The notes beneath the pieces are model-generated. The model saw nothing but the letters and a program-made list of their open reading frames with translations. It was not told the DNA's origin and ran no database searches. DNA of 56,170 nucleotides from Prorocentrum cordatum (lineage: Eukaryota). Shown piece by piece: positions 11,156-25,384 of the stretch. A program made the translations under genes and the position numbers. Each line of letters starts with the position of its first letter. Position 1 is the stretch's first letter. The stretch lies in contig CAUYUJ010000106.1 in assembly GCA_963575745.1 (NCBI GenBank), forward strand, positions 62,001-118,170, written 5' to 3'.

Positions 11156-12165
11156 GTCGTTGTGTTCGTCGTCGTCGTCGTCGCCCGCGGCCGGGTCCAG
11201 GGACGATGGCGACGCGGCGGACCACTGCTGCGAACCCGAGAACCAGGCACAGCATCGTAACAGAAAGATCGGCCCGAGGCCCAGGCGAAGACGAAGCCAG
11301 GACGAGGACAGCATCGGGTGAGGAGAAATCAAGAATCGCTGAGATCTGGCGGCTCTGGAGGACGTCTCGGGCGCTGCGGCCTTCTCAGAGCGTTCCCGAA
11401 CGCTCTGAGATCGTTCTGGAACGGTCTGGAACGGATGTATCCTCGTCCCAGCACCGTACGATAGAACCTATCTCTCTGCGTCACGCTTCGAGCCAGCTCG
11501 GTGCGCTATGGCGAAAGCGCCTGGTGCAAGGAAAATGCCACGCCCATACCTTCCAGACTGTGATTACTGGACTGGGAAGAGCCATCGCTCGGACGTCTCT
11601 CTAGAGAGCAGAAAATCCACCCCGATAATAACCACCCCGACACGCGAGGCCTTTAGTAAACGCGCCCCAAAAGGAATTGCGGCTCTCCCTCGCGATGCTC
11701 GGGAACGAAGGGTCCGGCGTATGCCCACCGAGGCACTCCGTCTGCACGCATATCTTCCTGCATGTGTTCAGGTATGTCTTCAGCACGTTTTTTTTGTTTT
11801 TCCTCGCTCGGTGGTGCAACGACGGGACAGAGAGGTTAATGAAATGTCCCCCCACAGGGGGAGGTTACAAAATGACTCCCCCCCTGTCTCCTCCTGCTCC
11901 TCCTCGCCCTCCCCCTTTCCTCTTCTCTTTTCCCCCCCCGCACCTCCAGAGAAGGGGTCGGCATGTCTTCAGCACGTCATGCTCTGCCGATGCGCCGTCG
12001 GGGCGCGGCTCGTCTCCCTCCTCTCTGTCCTGATCCTGCGCCTCCTCCTCCTTCTCTTCCTCCTCTTCCTCCTCCTCCTCCTCTTCCTGTTCTTCCTCCT
12101 CCTCCTGTTCTTCCTCCTCCTCCTCCTCCTCCTCCTCCTCCTCCTCCTCTTCCGGTTCCTCCTCC

Positions 12166-12200
<35 letters not shown>

Positions 12201-14538
12201 CTCCTCCTCCTCCTCCTCCTCCTCCTCTTCCGGTTCCTCCTCCTCCTCCTCCTCCTCTTCCTCCTCCTCCTCCTCTGCCTGCGGTCGCCTGGCTGCTGGA
12301 CTGGGACATGCCACCGCTCGGGCGCCTCTCCCCCGTGCACTCTCCAATCGGCGGTGGACTGAGGGGCAACGTCAGGGGGGGATAGGCATAGGGGGGAAGC
12401 GGGGAGGAGGACGAGGAGGAGGAGGAGGAGGAGGAGGAGGAGGAGGAGGAGGAGGAGGAGGAGGAGGAGGAGGAGGAGGAGTTGGAGGAGGAGAGGAGGA
12501 GGAGGAGGAGGAGGAGGAGGAGGAGGAGGAGGAGGGGAGGAGGAGGAGGAGGAGGACAGGAGGAGGAGGAGGAGAGGAGGAGGAGGAGGAGGAGGAGGAG
12601 GAGGAGGAGGAGGGGGACAAGGAGGAGGACATCCCTCCCCTCCTTGTAGAAGCACTTGCCGCCCACGGGGGGGCTGCCGAGGGGAGCGCGCTGCGCGCCT
12701 CGCTCCGCGCCCCCCGGCGAGCGCGGCGCCTCCCGAAGCATCGACCTGGAATCGGCGATACATCGCCGATAGATCGGCGGTAGGCCTCCGATAACGAATC
12801 CGGGCCGACTGTAGTCCGGGTACGTTTGTGGGAATCTGTTTGACTACGTTTGATGGTGCTTTGCTTATCTGATACTTTTCGTCCAGAATCCGCCTGTAGG
12901 GGGACATGCCCGACCTGAGGCCAAGACGCAGCCAGGACGAGGACTACACCGGGCGAGGACAAATCGACCTGGAATCGGCGATACATCGCCGATAGATCGG
13001 CGGTAGGCCTCCGATAACGAATCCGCACCTTCCTGGGCAGGTTGGGGCCATCGGGCTCCTAACGGCGATCCATGGGCGATTGGGGGTCGATGCATCCCCC
13101 CCCTACCCTATGCCCTATGCCTAATCCCCCTCCTATCTTTGCCCCTGATGGGCACACCTGCCTTTAGTTAGCCTCCCCTCAGTGAGAGCGGCCTGGGACC
13201 CAAAACCGACGGACCTGGACCCGCAAAAATGACGGCCGCGCCGCCCTCTCGCGAACCGAAAACGGCCGCTTCACCGAGCGACGTGTCAGGGTAGGACGTC
13301 TATCCACCCCCGATGATAACTGGACTGTCGGGTCGGGCGAAAGGGGGGGATAGCAAGGGGGGGGGGTGAGAAGCAGCTCGCGTAGCTGATTTTCCCGGCG
13401 CTTCCCTGCGCCGGAGGCGGCTGTGTATCGAGGAATGGCCCCCTCGGTGGGGCCGAAACCAGCTGCATGCAGCAGATTTCGCAACCCCCCCTTTCCCAAT
13501 CCCCCCCTTCCGTCCGGCCCGAGAGCTGGAGCTGATCCGAGAGATACGAGCCGGCGCCGACCCTGACGTGACGGCGCCCAGCCGATGGAGGAGGAGGAGG
13601 AGGAGGAGGAGGAGGAGGAGGAGGAGGAGGAGGAGGACCGAGAAATCTCTGGGACTGGGAAACGGAAACGCCCAGAGACTGGGAAACGCCATCGGTCGGA
13701 CGCCTCGCCCCCGTGCGCTCTCCGGCCCCGTGCGCAGCGGGCTCGCTGGAGGCCTCCCGACGGGTGCCCCCCGCGACGGCCCACGGGCGCTCCCCGGCGC
13801 TGGCCTCGCCGAGAGGAGGACCCACGCGCGCGCCCGGGCGGGGCCAACGCAGCCTGCAGGCCAGGATGCAGGTCGGGCCTGTCCCCCTACAGGCGGAGTG
13901 TGCAGAGAGTGCGCAGGGCAGCTTTTAATACATAGGTTCTTTTTGTTACAAAAGAAAGGATTTGTAATACATGACGAACTTATGCTATGAGTACATGTAT
14001 GCACGACCTCCTCGTTGTCTTTAGTGCTAAATCCCGGCATTTTTAATACATGATCCGCACGCGGAGCATGTATCGAAAACGGCACTGTAAGATTCAAGTC
14101 GGGCCTGTCCGTCCACAGGAGGAGTGTGCAAAACGTGTAGGGAAATGCAGTCGGCCTTGATTGGGGAGGGCACGCGAGCCGAAGGCCACATCGCCACAGG
14201 AGCGCGAGAAGGCACGTGTCGCGAGGCACAGGACACAAGGGGTACCCTTGAGCTGGCAGGGTCGACCTACCAATCCGGGCCGACTGTAGTCCGGGTACGT
14301 TTGTGGGAATCTGTTTGACTACGTTTGATGATGTTTTGCTTATCTGATACTTTTCGTCCAGAATCCGCCTGTAGGGGGACATGCCCGACCTGAGGCCAAG
14401 ACGCAGCCAGGACGAGGACTACACCGGGCGAGGACAGATCCAGGGCCATTGAGCTCTGGCGGTTCTGGAGGATGCCTCGGGCGCCGCGGCCTTTCAGAGC
14501 GCTCCCGAACGCTCTAAGAGCGCTCCGGAACGCTCTTA

Positions 14539-14689
14539 GGGGGCCACATGCGAAGCCTACCCCTACCCCCCACGATTTCTGAGGGGGAGGGGTGGGGTTC
14601 ACTCCATGCGGGAGCTCCCGAGTGAAGTGAGCCCCACCCTCCCCCTCAGAAATCGTGGGGGGTAGGGGTAGGGTTCGCATGTGGCCCCC
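14539..14689. repeat. Foldback element (~55-bp arms) flanked by TA
   Basis: GGGGGCCACATGCGAA.CCTACCCCTACCCCCCACGATTTCTGAGGGGGAGG is mirrored at the right end, with TA on both sides. Confidence 0.75.
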
Positions 14690-14908
14690 TACTGGAACGG
14701 ACTGATCCTCGTCCCGGCCCCGTCCGACAGGCTCCCAACGGACGGAGCTCGCAGGCGCTTTCCGGGGCGTGGCGCGCAGCTCTGCCGAGGCCACGGGTGC
14801 GCTGCCCGGTCTGGGGCCGTCCAGGTCGCTGTGTGGTGGCCCAGGAGGCCGACTTGGGGTCCCCTTGGGGGCCTCGTGGGCCTCTCGAGGCCCTCCCCTC
14901 CTCTGTGG

Positions 14909-15248
14909 AACACACACACAGACACACACACAGACACACAGACACACAGACACACAGACACACAGACACACAGACACACCAGACACACAGACACACAGAC
15001 ACAACAGACACACAGACACACCAGACACACAGACACACCAGACACACAGACACACCAGACACACAGACACACCAGACACAACAGACACACAGACACACCA
15101 GACACACAGACACACCAGACACACAGACACACAGACACACAGACACACCAGACACACCAGACACACCAGACACACAGGCACACAGACACACAGACACACA
15201 GACACACAGACACACAGACACACAGACACACAGACACACAGACACACA

Positions 15249-15292
<44 letters not shown>

Positions 15293-15300
15293 CGCACACA

Positions 15301-15332
<32 letters not shown>

Positions 15333-15556
15333 CACACACACAACACACACAACACACACAACACACACAACACACACAGACACAACCCACACACACACAC
15401 ACAACACACACAACCCACAACACGCAACACACAACACACACACACACGCACACACGCACACACGCGCACACACACGCGCGCACACAACACACAACACACA
15501 AAACACAACACACAACACACACTACGGAAACACTATACACACAGACACACACACAC
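14909..15556. repeat. (CAGACACA)n/(CA)n compound microsatellite
   Basis: Read directly. Confidence 0.95.
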
Positions 15557-16480
15557 ATTGTGGACAAAAAACACACTGTGGGAAAAGCACACACATATAT
15601 ACAACACACACAGTGGTTAAAAAAAACGCGCACCCACACAGTTTCCACAGCGTGGGTGTTTTCCCACAGTTTCCACAATGTGTGTTTTTGCCCACAAACT
15701 GTGTGTTTTGTATGCGTGTGTGTGTATGTTTGTGTGTGCATGTTTTTCCACGTGCATGTTTTTGCCCCGCGGTCGGTTCCGCCTGTTTTTTCCTCCTCCT
15801 GCCGCCGGTGAGTTTGCGCCTTCCGTTGCCGGGACCGCCTGAGCGCGGGTGAGGACTGCATCTGCCGCGCTGCGGCGTAAAAAACAACGGGCCTCTCGAG
15901 ACGCGGCCCTGCTGCAAACGAGACAGGGCCGACCTACTCTGCGAATGGCGCATCACTGGCAGCGCTCGGCCTCTACTGGGTGGAACCGAAACCGTGGGCC
16001 ATCTCTGAGCCCCTGGGGGGCAGCCTAGGAGGTCGAAATCGTTGGGAAGCCTGCGACTTGCATTATTCTAGCACGCTCGCCGTTTCGGTATACTCAGAGC
16101 CTCCGAGGCAGCCTAAGAGGTCCACAGCCTCGGCCCAAGGCTGCTCCCAAACCCCCCCAAGCTTCGGGGCCCAACCTCGGGGCCCTGAGAAGAGGGGCCA
16201 CCATGGAGGATCTCGAAGGGACCCCAGAAGGACCCCCCCCGAACACGGCACCCCGCAACCAGCAGCAGGCCCACCCAAGGCCTCCGAGAAGCCCCCACGA
16301 GGCTCCAGGAGGCTACCCCCCCGAAAGAAGAAGGGACCCCAGGAGGCCCCTCCCCGAATACGGCACCCCGCAACCAGCAGCAGGCTCACCCGAGGCCTTC
16401 GAGAAGCCCCCCACGAGGCTCCAGGAGGTCTCCGGTCCGCGACCTGGGCACGGTGGCTTGATGGGCCGAGAGCAGCTGGA

Positions 16481-18057
16481 TCCGCCGCCCCCTTTTGATT
16501 TATCAAAGCGGTGCCTGGCGTGTTAAACCCCTTGGTTTGGGTTTTGGTTCTTTTCCAAAAGAACTCACCCTAGGGCTTCGGCCCGTCCCGCCGGCCACCC
16601 GGAAAGATCTTCCAGAGGTGGTTGCAAAGGGTTGTTCCGTTTCAGACGGCTCCAAGATGCCCTAAGATGGCCTCCAAGACGGCCAAGATGGCCTCCAAGA
16701 CAGCTACGATGGCCCCAAGATGCCTCAAAGATGGCCCAAGATGCACCCAAGACGGCCTAAGATGGCCTCAAGATGACCCACAACGGCCCAAGAGGCTCCC
16801 AAGAGGCCTCCAAGACGGCCCAAGAGGCCTCCAAGAGGTCCTCCAGGAAGGCCCGAAGAGGCCAAAATTATTGATTTCCCCTTAGGTTTTTGAAAGATTT
16901 GGGCATTTGCGCCTTTTCGGCTTTCCGACGGCCCAAGACGGCCCAAGAGGCCCCCAAGATCGCCCAAGAGGCCCCCAAAAGGGCCCCTATGACGGCCCAA
17001 GTGGCCTCCAAGACGGCCCCAAGAGGGCCCCAAGACGGCCCAAGAGGCCTCCAACACGCCCAAGATGGCCTCCAAGACGCCCAAGATAGCCTCCAAGACG
17101 GCCCCGAAGCGCCCCAAGAGGGCCCAGAAAGGCCCCCAAGACGGCTCCCGACGGCGTCAGACGTGCCAGGAACTCACCAAGATGGCCGAAGTTGGCTCAA
17201 AGCTGGCCCAAGAGGCCCCCAAGAGGGCCTCCAGGAAGGCCAGAAAAGGCCCAAAACATTATTTTTCCTAATGTTTTTGCCGTATTTTGACATTTGCTTC
17301 TTTTCGGCCTTCCGACGGCCCGAGACGGCCCAAGAGCCCCCGAAGATCGCCGAAAGATCGCCCAAGAGGCCTCCAAGATGGCCCCGGAACGGCCCAAGAG
17401 GGCCCCAAGACGGCCCCAAGAGGCCCCCAAGACGACACAGGAGGCCTTTAAGACGCCCAAGATGGGCCTCCGAGACGGCCCTGGAGCATTCCAAGAGGGC
17501 CCCAATTCGGTCCATAGAGGCCCTCCAAACGGCTTCCGACGGTTCAGACGGACCAGGAGCCCACCAAGACGGCCGAACATGGCCCTAAGATGGCGCAAGA
17601 CGGCCCAAGAGGCCTCCAAGAGAGCCTCCAGGAAGGCCCGAAAAGGCCAAAAACATTGATTTCCCATGGGCTTTCGAAGGATTGTGGCATTTGTTTTTTT
17701 TCTGTCTTCCGACGGCCCGAGACGGCCCAAGTGCCCCCAAAGATCACCCAAGAGGCCCAAGACACGGCCCCAAGAGGCCCCCAAGACAGCCCAAGAGGTC
17801 TCCAAGACGCTCAAGATGGCCTCCAAGACGGCCCAAGAGCCCTCCAAGACGTCCTCCAAGAAGGCCCGAAAGGGTCAAAAAGGTCTCCAGACGGCCAAGA
17901 TGACCTTCAAGATGCCCACGTGTTCCCCGAAGGCTTTCCAAACCGATTCGGGGAACACATGGTCTGACAGCTTGGCAGGTCTGGACTCAACGTTCGGCCA
18001 CATAGGCGCTTCCACAAAGGCAGGGGGCGGCGGTGATTCGCCGTAGGCGTCTTCGAT
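16481..18057 (+). mobile_element. Second family of asymmetric-IR/hairpin element with a CCAAGA-rich interior
   Basis: 5' CCGCCGCCCCC (16482-92), 3' GGGGGCGGCGG (18023-33), hairpin CGCC-GTA-GGCG (18039-49), end TCTTCGAT. Related ends occur at 19495-19540, 20791-20833 and ~21322-21352. Confidence 0.55.
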
Positions 18058-20251
18058 CCGCCGACCCGATCGATGCGCATGGCGGCTCGTCCACCTCCTC
18101 CTCCTCCTCCTCGTCCTGCTCCTCCTCCTCCTCCTCCTCCTCCTCCTCGTCCCCCTCTTCCTCCTCCTCCTCCTCCTCCTCCTCCTCCTCCTCCTCCTCC
18201 TCCTCCTCCTCCTCCTCCTCCTCCTCCTCCCCTCCTCCTACTCCTCGTCCTCCTCCTCCTCCTCCTCCTCCTCCTCCTCCTCCTCCTCCTCCCCTCCTCC
18301 TCCTCCTCCTCCTCCTCCTCCCTCCTCCTCCTCCTCCTCCTGCTCTTCCTCCTCCTCCTCCTCCTCCTCCTCCTCCACCTCCCCCCCCTCTTCCGATCCC
18401 GAAGGCAGCTAGATCAAGTGAGCGTTTCCTTTTTCGGCGTTTCGAAATTGGGCGGAAGGGGGGGAGGGGGAGGGGTCTGGCTCTGGACCTCTGCCTAATG
18501 CGCCTGTTTGCAACAGGGCGTCCTACGTATGGGGGAGACTCCACCTGCCCGAAAAAGGCGCCCAAAACAGCCAAGATCTACTCCACGGGGGACGCGGAGG
18601 GGGGGTATGCAAGGGTCCGCGCCGATCGCCAAAACAAGGAACAAGAACACGATCACCAAAGGGGTGCCTGGCGTGCCAACATCTTACTGCTTGAAACATG
18701 TTCTGAACGTTCCCGGCGGGGTTTGGGCCAGTCGATTCGGCCAGCTATCCGGAAAGGCCCACAACGACCCGCACTGTCTGGTCCGTCAGTTGTTCTGCTC
18801 CAGACGGCCCCAAGATGGCTAAGACGACCAGCATGGCATCCAGGACGGCTCAGGTGGTCCCAAGAGCGTCGAAGATGGCTTCACGACGGCCTTCAAGACG
18901 GCCCAAGTTGCACCCAACACGGCCCAAGATGTCCCTAAAATGGTCCAAGAAGCCCCCAAGACGCCCCATGGCTCCCAGAGGAGCTCCAGGAGGCCAAATA
19001 CATTGCTTTTTCGATTGTGTTGCAACGATTCTGTGGTTCTCGCCCCCAACAAGGATCGTCCAAAGACGGCCCAAGAGGCCCTCACGAGGACCGCCAAACG
19101 CCCCAAGTGGGCCCTAAGACGGCCCTATATAACTCCAAGACGGCCATAAAGCGCCCAAAGAACTGCCCAGAGAGGGCCCGAAAACGCCGAAGCCCAAGAG
19201 GTAAGAGACGCCCAAGAGGTCCCTAAGAGGCCCCAAAGGACCCAAGAGGCCCCTGAGATGCCCTCAAGAGGCTCCCAGGGAGCCCCCAGGAAACAACAGG
19301 ATGGCCCCAAGAGGCTTACATTTCCTCCTCCTCCTCCTCCTCGTTCTCCTTCTCCTCCCTCTCATCCTCTTTTCGCTTTCTCTCCCAAGTGTTCCCCAAG
19401 GGGTTCCACAACGGCTGGGGGAGCACAGTCACATTGTCCAACAGCTTGGCAGTGGCCGGCGGTGGTTCGCCGCATGGGCGCCTCCAAAAGGCAAGGGGCG
19501 GCGGTGGTTCGCCGCAGGCGTCTTCGATCCGCCGCCCCCTGTTGGGTCCGCACGGCGTGCCAGACTGAAGGGGCCCTGGGACACGCAAATACATAGACAC
19601 AGATAACAGGATTCCCCATGTTTTCCCACATGTTCTAGGTTTTTGTCTTCCCCCCCATTTCCCATTTTTTCCCGCAGCTTCTGGGAGATCGACGATTAAT
19701 TGTGTCTGCATGTTTTTTCCCTCCTGACAGACGTTGTCGTTTTGATTGCTTCAGGTTCTTGCCATGAGGTCTCGGCCCAGCCCGCCGGCCGGCCGCCAGG
19801 AGAGCCGCACAAAGACCTCAACATCCACAACTCCCCAAGACGGCCAAGATGGCCTCCAAAACGCCTCAGATGGCCTCCAAGACGCCCTAGACGGCCTCCA
19901 AGACGCCCAGAATAGCCTCAAAACAGAATTTAAGATTGCCGGAGAGGTTCCTAAGACGGCCCGAGAGGTTCCGACCACGCCCCAAGACACCTCCAAGAGG
20001 ACCCCCCAAGAGAGCCCAAAGAGAGCTCAGAGAGACCATCACCTCCTTCGCCTGCACAGGGGTGCTTGGCGCGCCAGATGCTCGCGCCGAGATGGCCCTA
20101 AGACGCCCAGAATTCCCCCAAAGGCCCGAGATGCCCTCAAGAGGCACCAAGGAAGCCACAAGAGGATCAGGGGCCCCCAGGAGGCCTCCTCCTCCTTTTC
20201 CTCCTCCACCTCCTCCTTCTCTTCTCCTCCTCCTCCTCCTCCTCCTCCTCC

Positions 20252-20600
<349 letters not shown>

Positions 20601-21487
20601 TCTCCGTGTCTTCCTTCTCCGTCCTTTCCTCGTGCTCCTCCTCCTCCTCCTCCTCCTACTCCTCACAATCCTTTTGCTCTCACAAGTGCCCCCCCCAAGG
20701 ATTTCCACACTGGCTGGGGGACACACATCGTCCAACAGCTTGGCGAAGCCGTGGCCCAACGTTTGGCCACATCGGCGCTTCCAACAGGCAGGGGCGGCGG
20801 TGGTTCGCAGTCGGTGTCTCGGGTCCGCCGCCCAAGCAGCCCGCGGAGCGGTGCTCGGCCGTCCACAGGGGTGCCAAGCGTGCCAACTATTCCAGCCACC
20901 GGGGGCTGTTGCAAGTCATTCGGCCCAACACGCCGCTCCCAGCTAGGCCGCACCCTTCAGTGCTTGCTCCGAGCAAGGTGGACTCCAAGACGGCCAAGAT
21001 GGCCCAGGAGATGGCGCAACGAGGCCCCCAAGACGCCCCAGGGAGCCTCCAGACCGCTCTGAAAGTTCAAGGCTCAGGTATCTCACATCCACTGCTAACA
21101 CGTCTAAGCATTCTCGCCGTCTCGGTCTTGAGGGCGGTCGAGACTGCCCACTGTCCAGACGGCCCAAGAGTGCCCCAAAGACGGCCCATGATGACCCCAG
21201 GATGGCCCAAGAAAGCTACAGGAAGCCCCCAAGAAGGTTCACGAGGGCCCAACAGAGACCCGAGACGGCCCCAGGCTCTCCCGAGGGTCCCTCCAGGAGC
21301 CGACCTTTCGGTGGCGGCGGTGAGCGGTGATTCGTCTTAGGCGTCTTCGATTGTTGCAACTGAGGCGATGACAGCGGTGACGGCAGCGGCGCCGACGATG
21401 TCCATATTGGAAACCACTGTGGCTCGTGAACAACGTTTGTCAGGCAATCTGGCGCGACGGCGACGGTAACAGCGGTGGAACACATGC

Positions 21488-21545
21488 CTGGGCTGTCTCA
21501 AACGCCTCGATCAGCGCCTCCTTGATGTTGCTCGGGAAGGACGGA
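21488..21545 (-). CDS. PP2C micro-exon (S-PSFPSNIKEALIEAFETAQ)
   Basis: cag|T acceptor, CAG|GC donor, 58 bp, phase-compatible with the preceding exon. ALxxAF helix typical of PP2C. Confidence 0.8.
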
Positions 21546-21966
21546 CTGTCAGTGCATTCGTCAAGTGGCGATCCAGTCCACGAACAGGCAATATGCAACA
21601 TGTCTCAAAGGGAAGCCACTACAACTGACCGCATCATCTGCTGTGGATTGTGGGACAATCGGCACAAACAAGAACACTGCTAATGTGTATCACGATAACG
21701 GACAGTGCGATTGCAGGATCTACGGAACACACATGGGAAACAGTTCCACGGAAACAGTTCCACAGAACATGGCGCAGCTCTGTGGAACAACTGCTTAATC
21801 GCACTCCCATGGAAGCGAAGGAGGACAAGCAACAGGAAAAACGGACGGCAAATGGATACGATCCAACTCTGCCGCTGCCCTCGGGCTCCAACGTGTTGGA
21901 CTGCAAGCTTGGCTGGAAGCCACGAGGCACTGAGAACACATGCGCACGCGCGAAAAAGAGCATGGC

Positions 21967-22063
21967 CTCTGGGATAAATAAAATGGCACCGTCTGGCAAC
22001 ACCGGTGCGAGACTATGTGGCCAAATGGGCCGTGCCCGTCCATCACCATGGCCAGCGTATAAC
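21967..22063 (-). CDS. PP2C exon with metal-binding DGHG motif (YTLAMVMDGHGPFGHIVSHRCCQTVPFYLSQ)
   Basis: cag|G acceptor, AG|GC donor, 97 bp (2+93+2). DGHGxxG is the PP2C signature. Confidence 0.85.
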
Positions 22064-22510
22064 CTGGCGGGCGACTCAGAGCCCTTCCCGTCTTCCAGCG
22101 GCTCCTCGCCGCCATCAGGGCGCAAGCACGTGCAAGGATAGAAACTACAGTCGGGGTGGATTGGAGAGGACACGCGAGAGGACACAAGACTCTTCCGATG
22201 GCCACATTGCCAGTGGAACGTAGAGGGCATGGGTCGCGAAACACAGGACACAAGGGTACCCTTGTTTGGGCAGGGTCGACCTACTAATCAAACTCGACTG
22301 TATGCAAACAGAAACTTTCGGAGGTCCACGAAGATTATTTGGATCGGCGCGGGACCCCCCTCCCTGGCGAACGGAGTGTGCCGGGGGCGACGCCAGAGGC
22401 GCCACCAATAGGGCCCAGCGCGCTCAGGCAGGGGGGATGGCCTGGGCACAGGAAATAATAATGAGAAGAAGAAACGGCGAAAGCCCGAGAGAAGAAGAAG
22501 GAATAAAAAC

Positions 22511-22852
22511 AAGGAGGCAGACGCTACAATCCCGAGGGTTCAGTTCCGCTCAACGTCGAAACATCGAAAGGTCAATAATGGAGAACAAGAGTAATCAGAA
22601 GAAGAAACAGCGAAAGTCCAGCAGAAGAAGAAGGAATGATAAGGAGGCAGACGCTACAATCCAGAGGGTTCAATTCCGCTCAACGTCAAAGCAATTAGAA
22701 GGAAGATAATCATGGATAACCACAATAAGAAGATGAAGACATGGTGAAAGCCCAGGATATTAATAATAATAATGATACGATTGTAAATAATGAAAATAAG
22801 AAGGAGGCAGACGCTACAATCCAGAGGGTTTAACTCCGCTCAACGTCAAAAA
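22511..22852. repeat. Three copies of a ~50-bp block separated by AAG/AAT-rich spacers
   Basis: AAGGAGGCAGACGCTACAATCCAGAGGGTTCAATTCCGCTCAACGTC at 22511, 22641 and 22801. Confidence 0.85.
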
Positions 22853-23609
22853 CATTTGAAACAGAGGAGAAGAATGGAGATTGATAATAATAAGAAGAAC
22901 CAGAAACGGCGAGAGCGTTCGGGAACTCCTGGTGGCGCTGGGCACCCCTACTGGCGCGGGGCTGGGACCCCTGTCGGCGCCCCCGGCGACGCCTCTGGCG
23001 CGCTCCGCGCGCCAGGTAGGGGGGACCAGCGCCGACCCAAGGAATCCACGCGGACCTGCGAAAGTTTATGTTTCTATAGTTTATATCCTTGCACGTTCTT
23101 GCGCCCTGATGGCGGCGAGGAGATCCGCGTGAAGACGGGAATGGCTCGGGGCTGGGACCCCTGTCGGCGCCTCCGGCGACGCCTCTGGCGCGCTCCGCGC
23201 GTCAGGTAGGGGACACCAGCGCCGATCAAAGCAATCCACGCGGACCTCCGAACATTTTATGCTTATGCTGATTGCTCCCATCTGGAAGAAGGTCAAGGTA
23301 CGCGCCGGCGCTCGAAGGCGGACCCGCGGCCGTCACAGTGGGCCAATTTGCTGGGGCTCGGTCAGGCCGCCCCTCAGCCGCGTTTTCAAGATTCCTGAAG
23401 GGGGGCCCTGAGGTCCCGGCGTGCGTTGCAATATTTTCACTCCGGCCATTTCCGCCCAGATTCGGGCCCCGGGACCACCACAGATCGATCCAGCTCGAAA
23501 CATGCTGCAGAAAGATGGGGTCCAGAACTCCTGTCGCGATTGCTCTGTGCGTTACATTCTTGTGCGCAACGTCGGGTCTCAAAGGCACGATTCTCTGGAG
23601 AACGGCTCA

Positions 23610-23987
23610 GGGGGAGGGGGGAAGGGGGGAGGAGGAGGAGGAGGAAGGAAGGAGGGAGGAGGGGAGGAGGAGGAGGAGGGAGGAGGGGGAGAGGAGGAGG
23701 AGGAGGAGGAGGAGGAGGAGGGAGGAGGAGGAGGAGGAGGAGGAGGAGGATGAGGAGGAGGAGGAGGAGGAGGAGGAGGAGGAGGAGGAGGAGGAGGGGA
23801 GGAGGAGGAGGAGGAGGAGGAGGAGGAGGAGGAGGAGGAGGAGGAGGAAGGAGGAGGAGGAGGGAGGAGGAGGGGGAGGGGGAGGGGGAGGGAGGAGGAG
23901 GAGGAGGAGGGAGGAGGAGGAGGAGGAGGAGGAGGAGCGAGGAGGAGGAGGAGGAGGAGGAGGAGGAGGAGGAGAAGGAGGAGGAGA
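23610..23987. repeat. (GAG)n microsatellite, representative of more than 15 (GAG/CTC)n tracts in the window
   Basis: Read directly. Others lie near 7294, 9680, 10787, 12040, 12405, 13587, 18093, 35700, 37729, 46197, 54797 and 55340. Confidence 0.95.
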
Positions 23988-24704
23988 ACACGGGCCTGGC
24001 ATCGGCGGCACATCACCGAGACGTCGGCGACAGGCGCTCGGCAGCGAAGCCGCCCGCTCCTTGGGGTGGGCGAGCTAAGGCCCCTGTCGCCGAGGAGTGG
24101 GCGACCGAGTGTCCTTGCGTACCCTTTGTGGGCCCCAGAAACGGCAGGGCCGTTTTTTCTTGGAGGTCCCTTGGGGGGCAGCGTTGTTTCCAGGGCCAAA
24201 TCCCAATACGCTCAGCCGGCGCGCTTGATCCGTCAATAACAATCCTTACGACACCCATTCGCGACAGGTTCGGACCTTCGGTGTGCTCCTACCGACGATT
24301 GGGCTGCTAAGGTTTGCTCTTACGCTACGAGCAGTATCTCCTCCTCCATCGCCCCAGAAACACAGATCGCGTTCGCTGCCCCTCAGCGAACTGAAAGTTT
24401 TTTCACCGTTTCCCAAAAAAGTGTCCCTTGAAAATGAAAACGGCAAAAAAACGGCGATCGGAAACGGCCAAAAACGGCTCCAAGATTGGAGCCAGAGCTG
24501 GAACCGGTCAAACAACGGCGACGGAACCCGTAGAAACACGGCGTCGGAACCGGTAAAAAAACGGCAAAACGGAACCGGTAACAAAAACGGCCCTGTCGTT
24601 TCCAGGGCCCACTAAGTACGTACCCCCTGAAGCCTACTCCTCCCCAGCGCTTTCTTTAAGACGCGGACAGCCGATGGCCCGAGCACCACCTGTCATCAGC
24701 TTTA

Positions 24705-24846
24705 GGTCGGGCATTTCCCCCTCCAGGCGGAGCTTGAACGACAAATAAGAAATACTCAAAACATATTCACGAAACTATCGAAAATAGTCGAAAAATCGTC
24801 TCCGTACGATTTTGCGACTATTTTTGAATGAGGGACAGGCCCGACT
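24705..24846. mobile_element. MITE family A
   Basis: GGTCGGGCATTTCCC ... GGGACAGGCCCGACT, AT-rich interior. Confidence 0.65.
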
Positions 24847-25384
24847 TAACATCGGGTGACCGAGCTCTATACACACCGACGCTGCACACGGAAAAAGGCG
24901 GACAAGTATGCGCCACACAACCCCGACGTCACAACTGAACCTCAGAACATCTTGGGGTCGAAAAGCAGCCTGCCACTGGTACTGTGTACGTTCCAGTTTC
25001 CGAGGCTTGTCTCAGTGCACTGGCAAGGCGCGGGCATGGGTGAGCAGCCTGCGGCCAGAGGCCGAACAACCGTCCAGGCCTGGATGCTTCGCGCCGAAGT
25101 GGTGGAATTGGGCGGCAGATTTCCGCGCCCGCGTGCCGACAGAGCAAGATCACGGGAAGACCGCGCCGTCGCGCCCTTCAAAGCCAACCTGGAGGGAGGA
25201 GGCAGACCGCGAGGGAGAAAATAGGCAGAAACGGTACGACTCGTCCCTTCACCAACCGGCAGGCGAATACCCCAAGCTTCGCCGGCCAGTTGCACACCTG
25301 GACCGCCGACGGAAGGCCGCTCTGAGGCACGACCTCTCTCTGACTACCTACCAAACCACCCCAACCCAACCCGAAGACCCGAAT

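Noticed and set aside
25350..25375. Telomere-like CCCCAA/CCCAA repeats
   Set aside because: Only 2-3 units, and they form MITE TIRs rather than TTTAGGG arrays.
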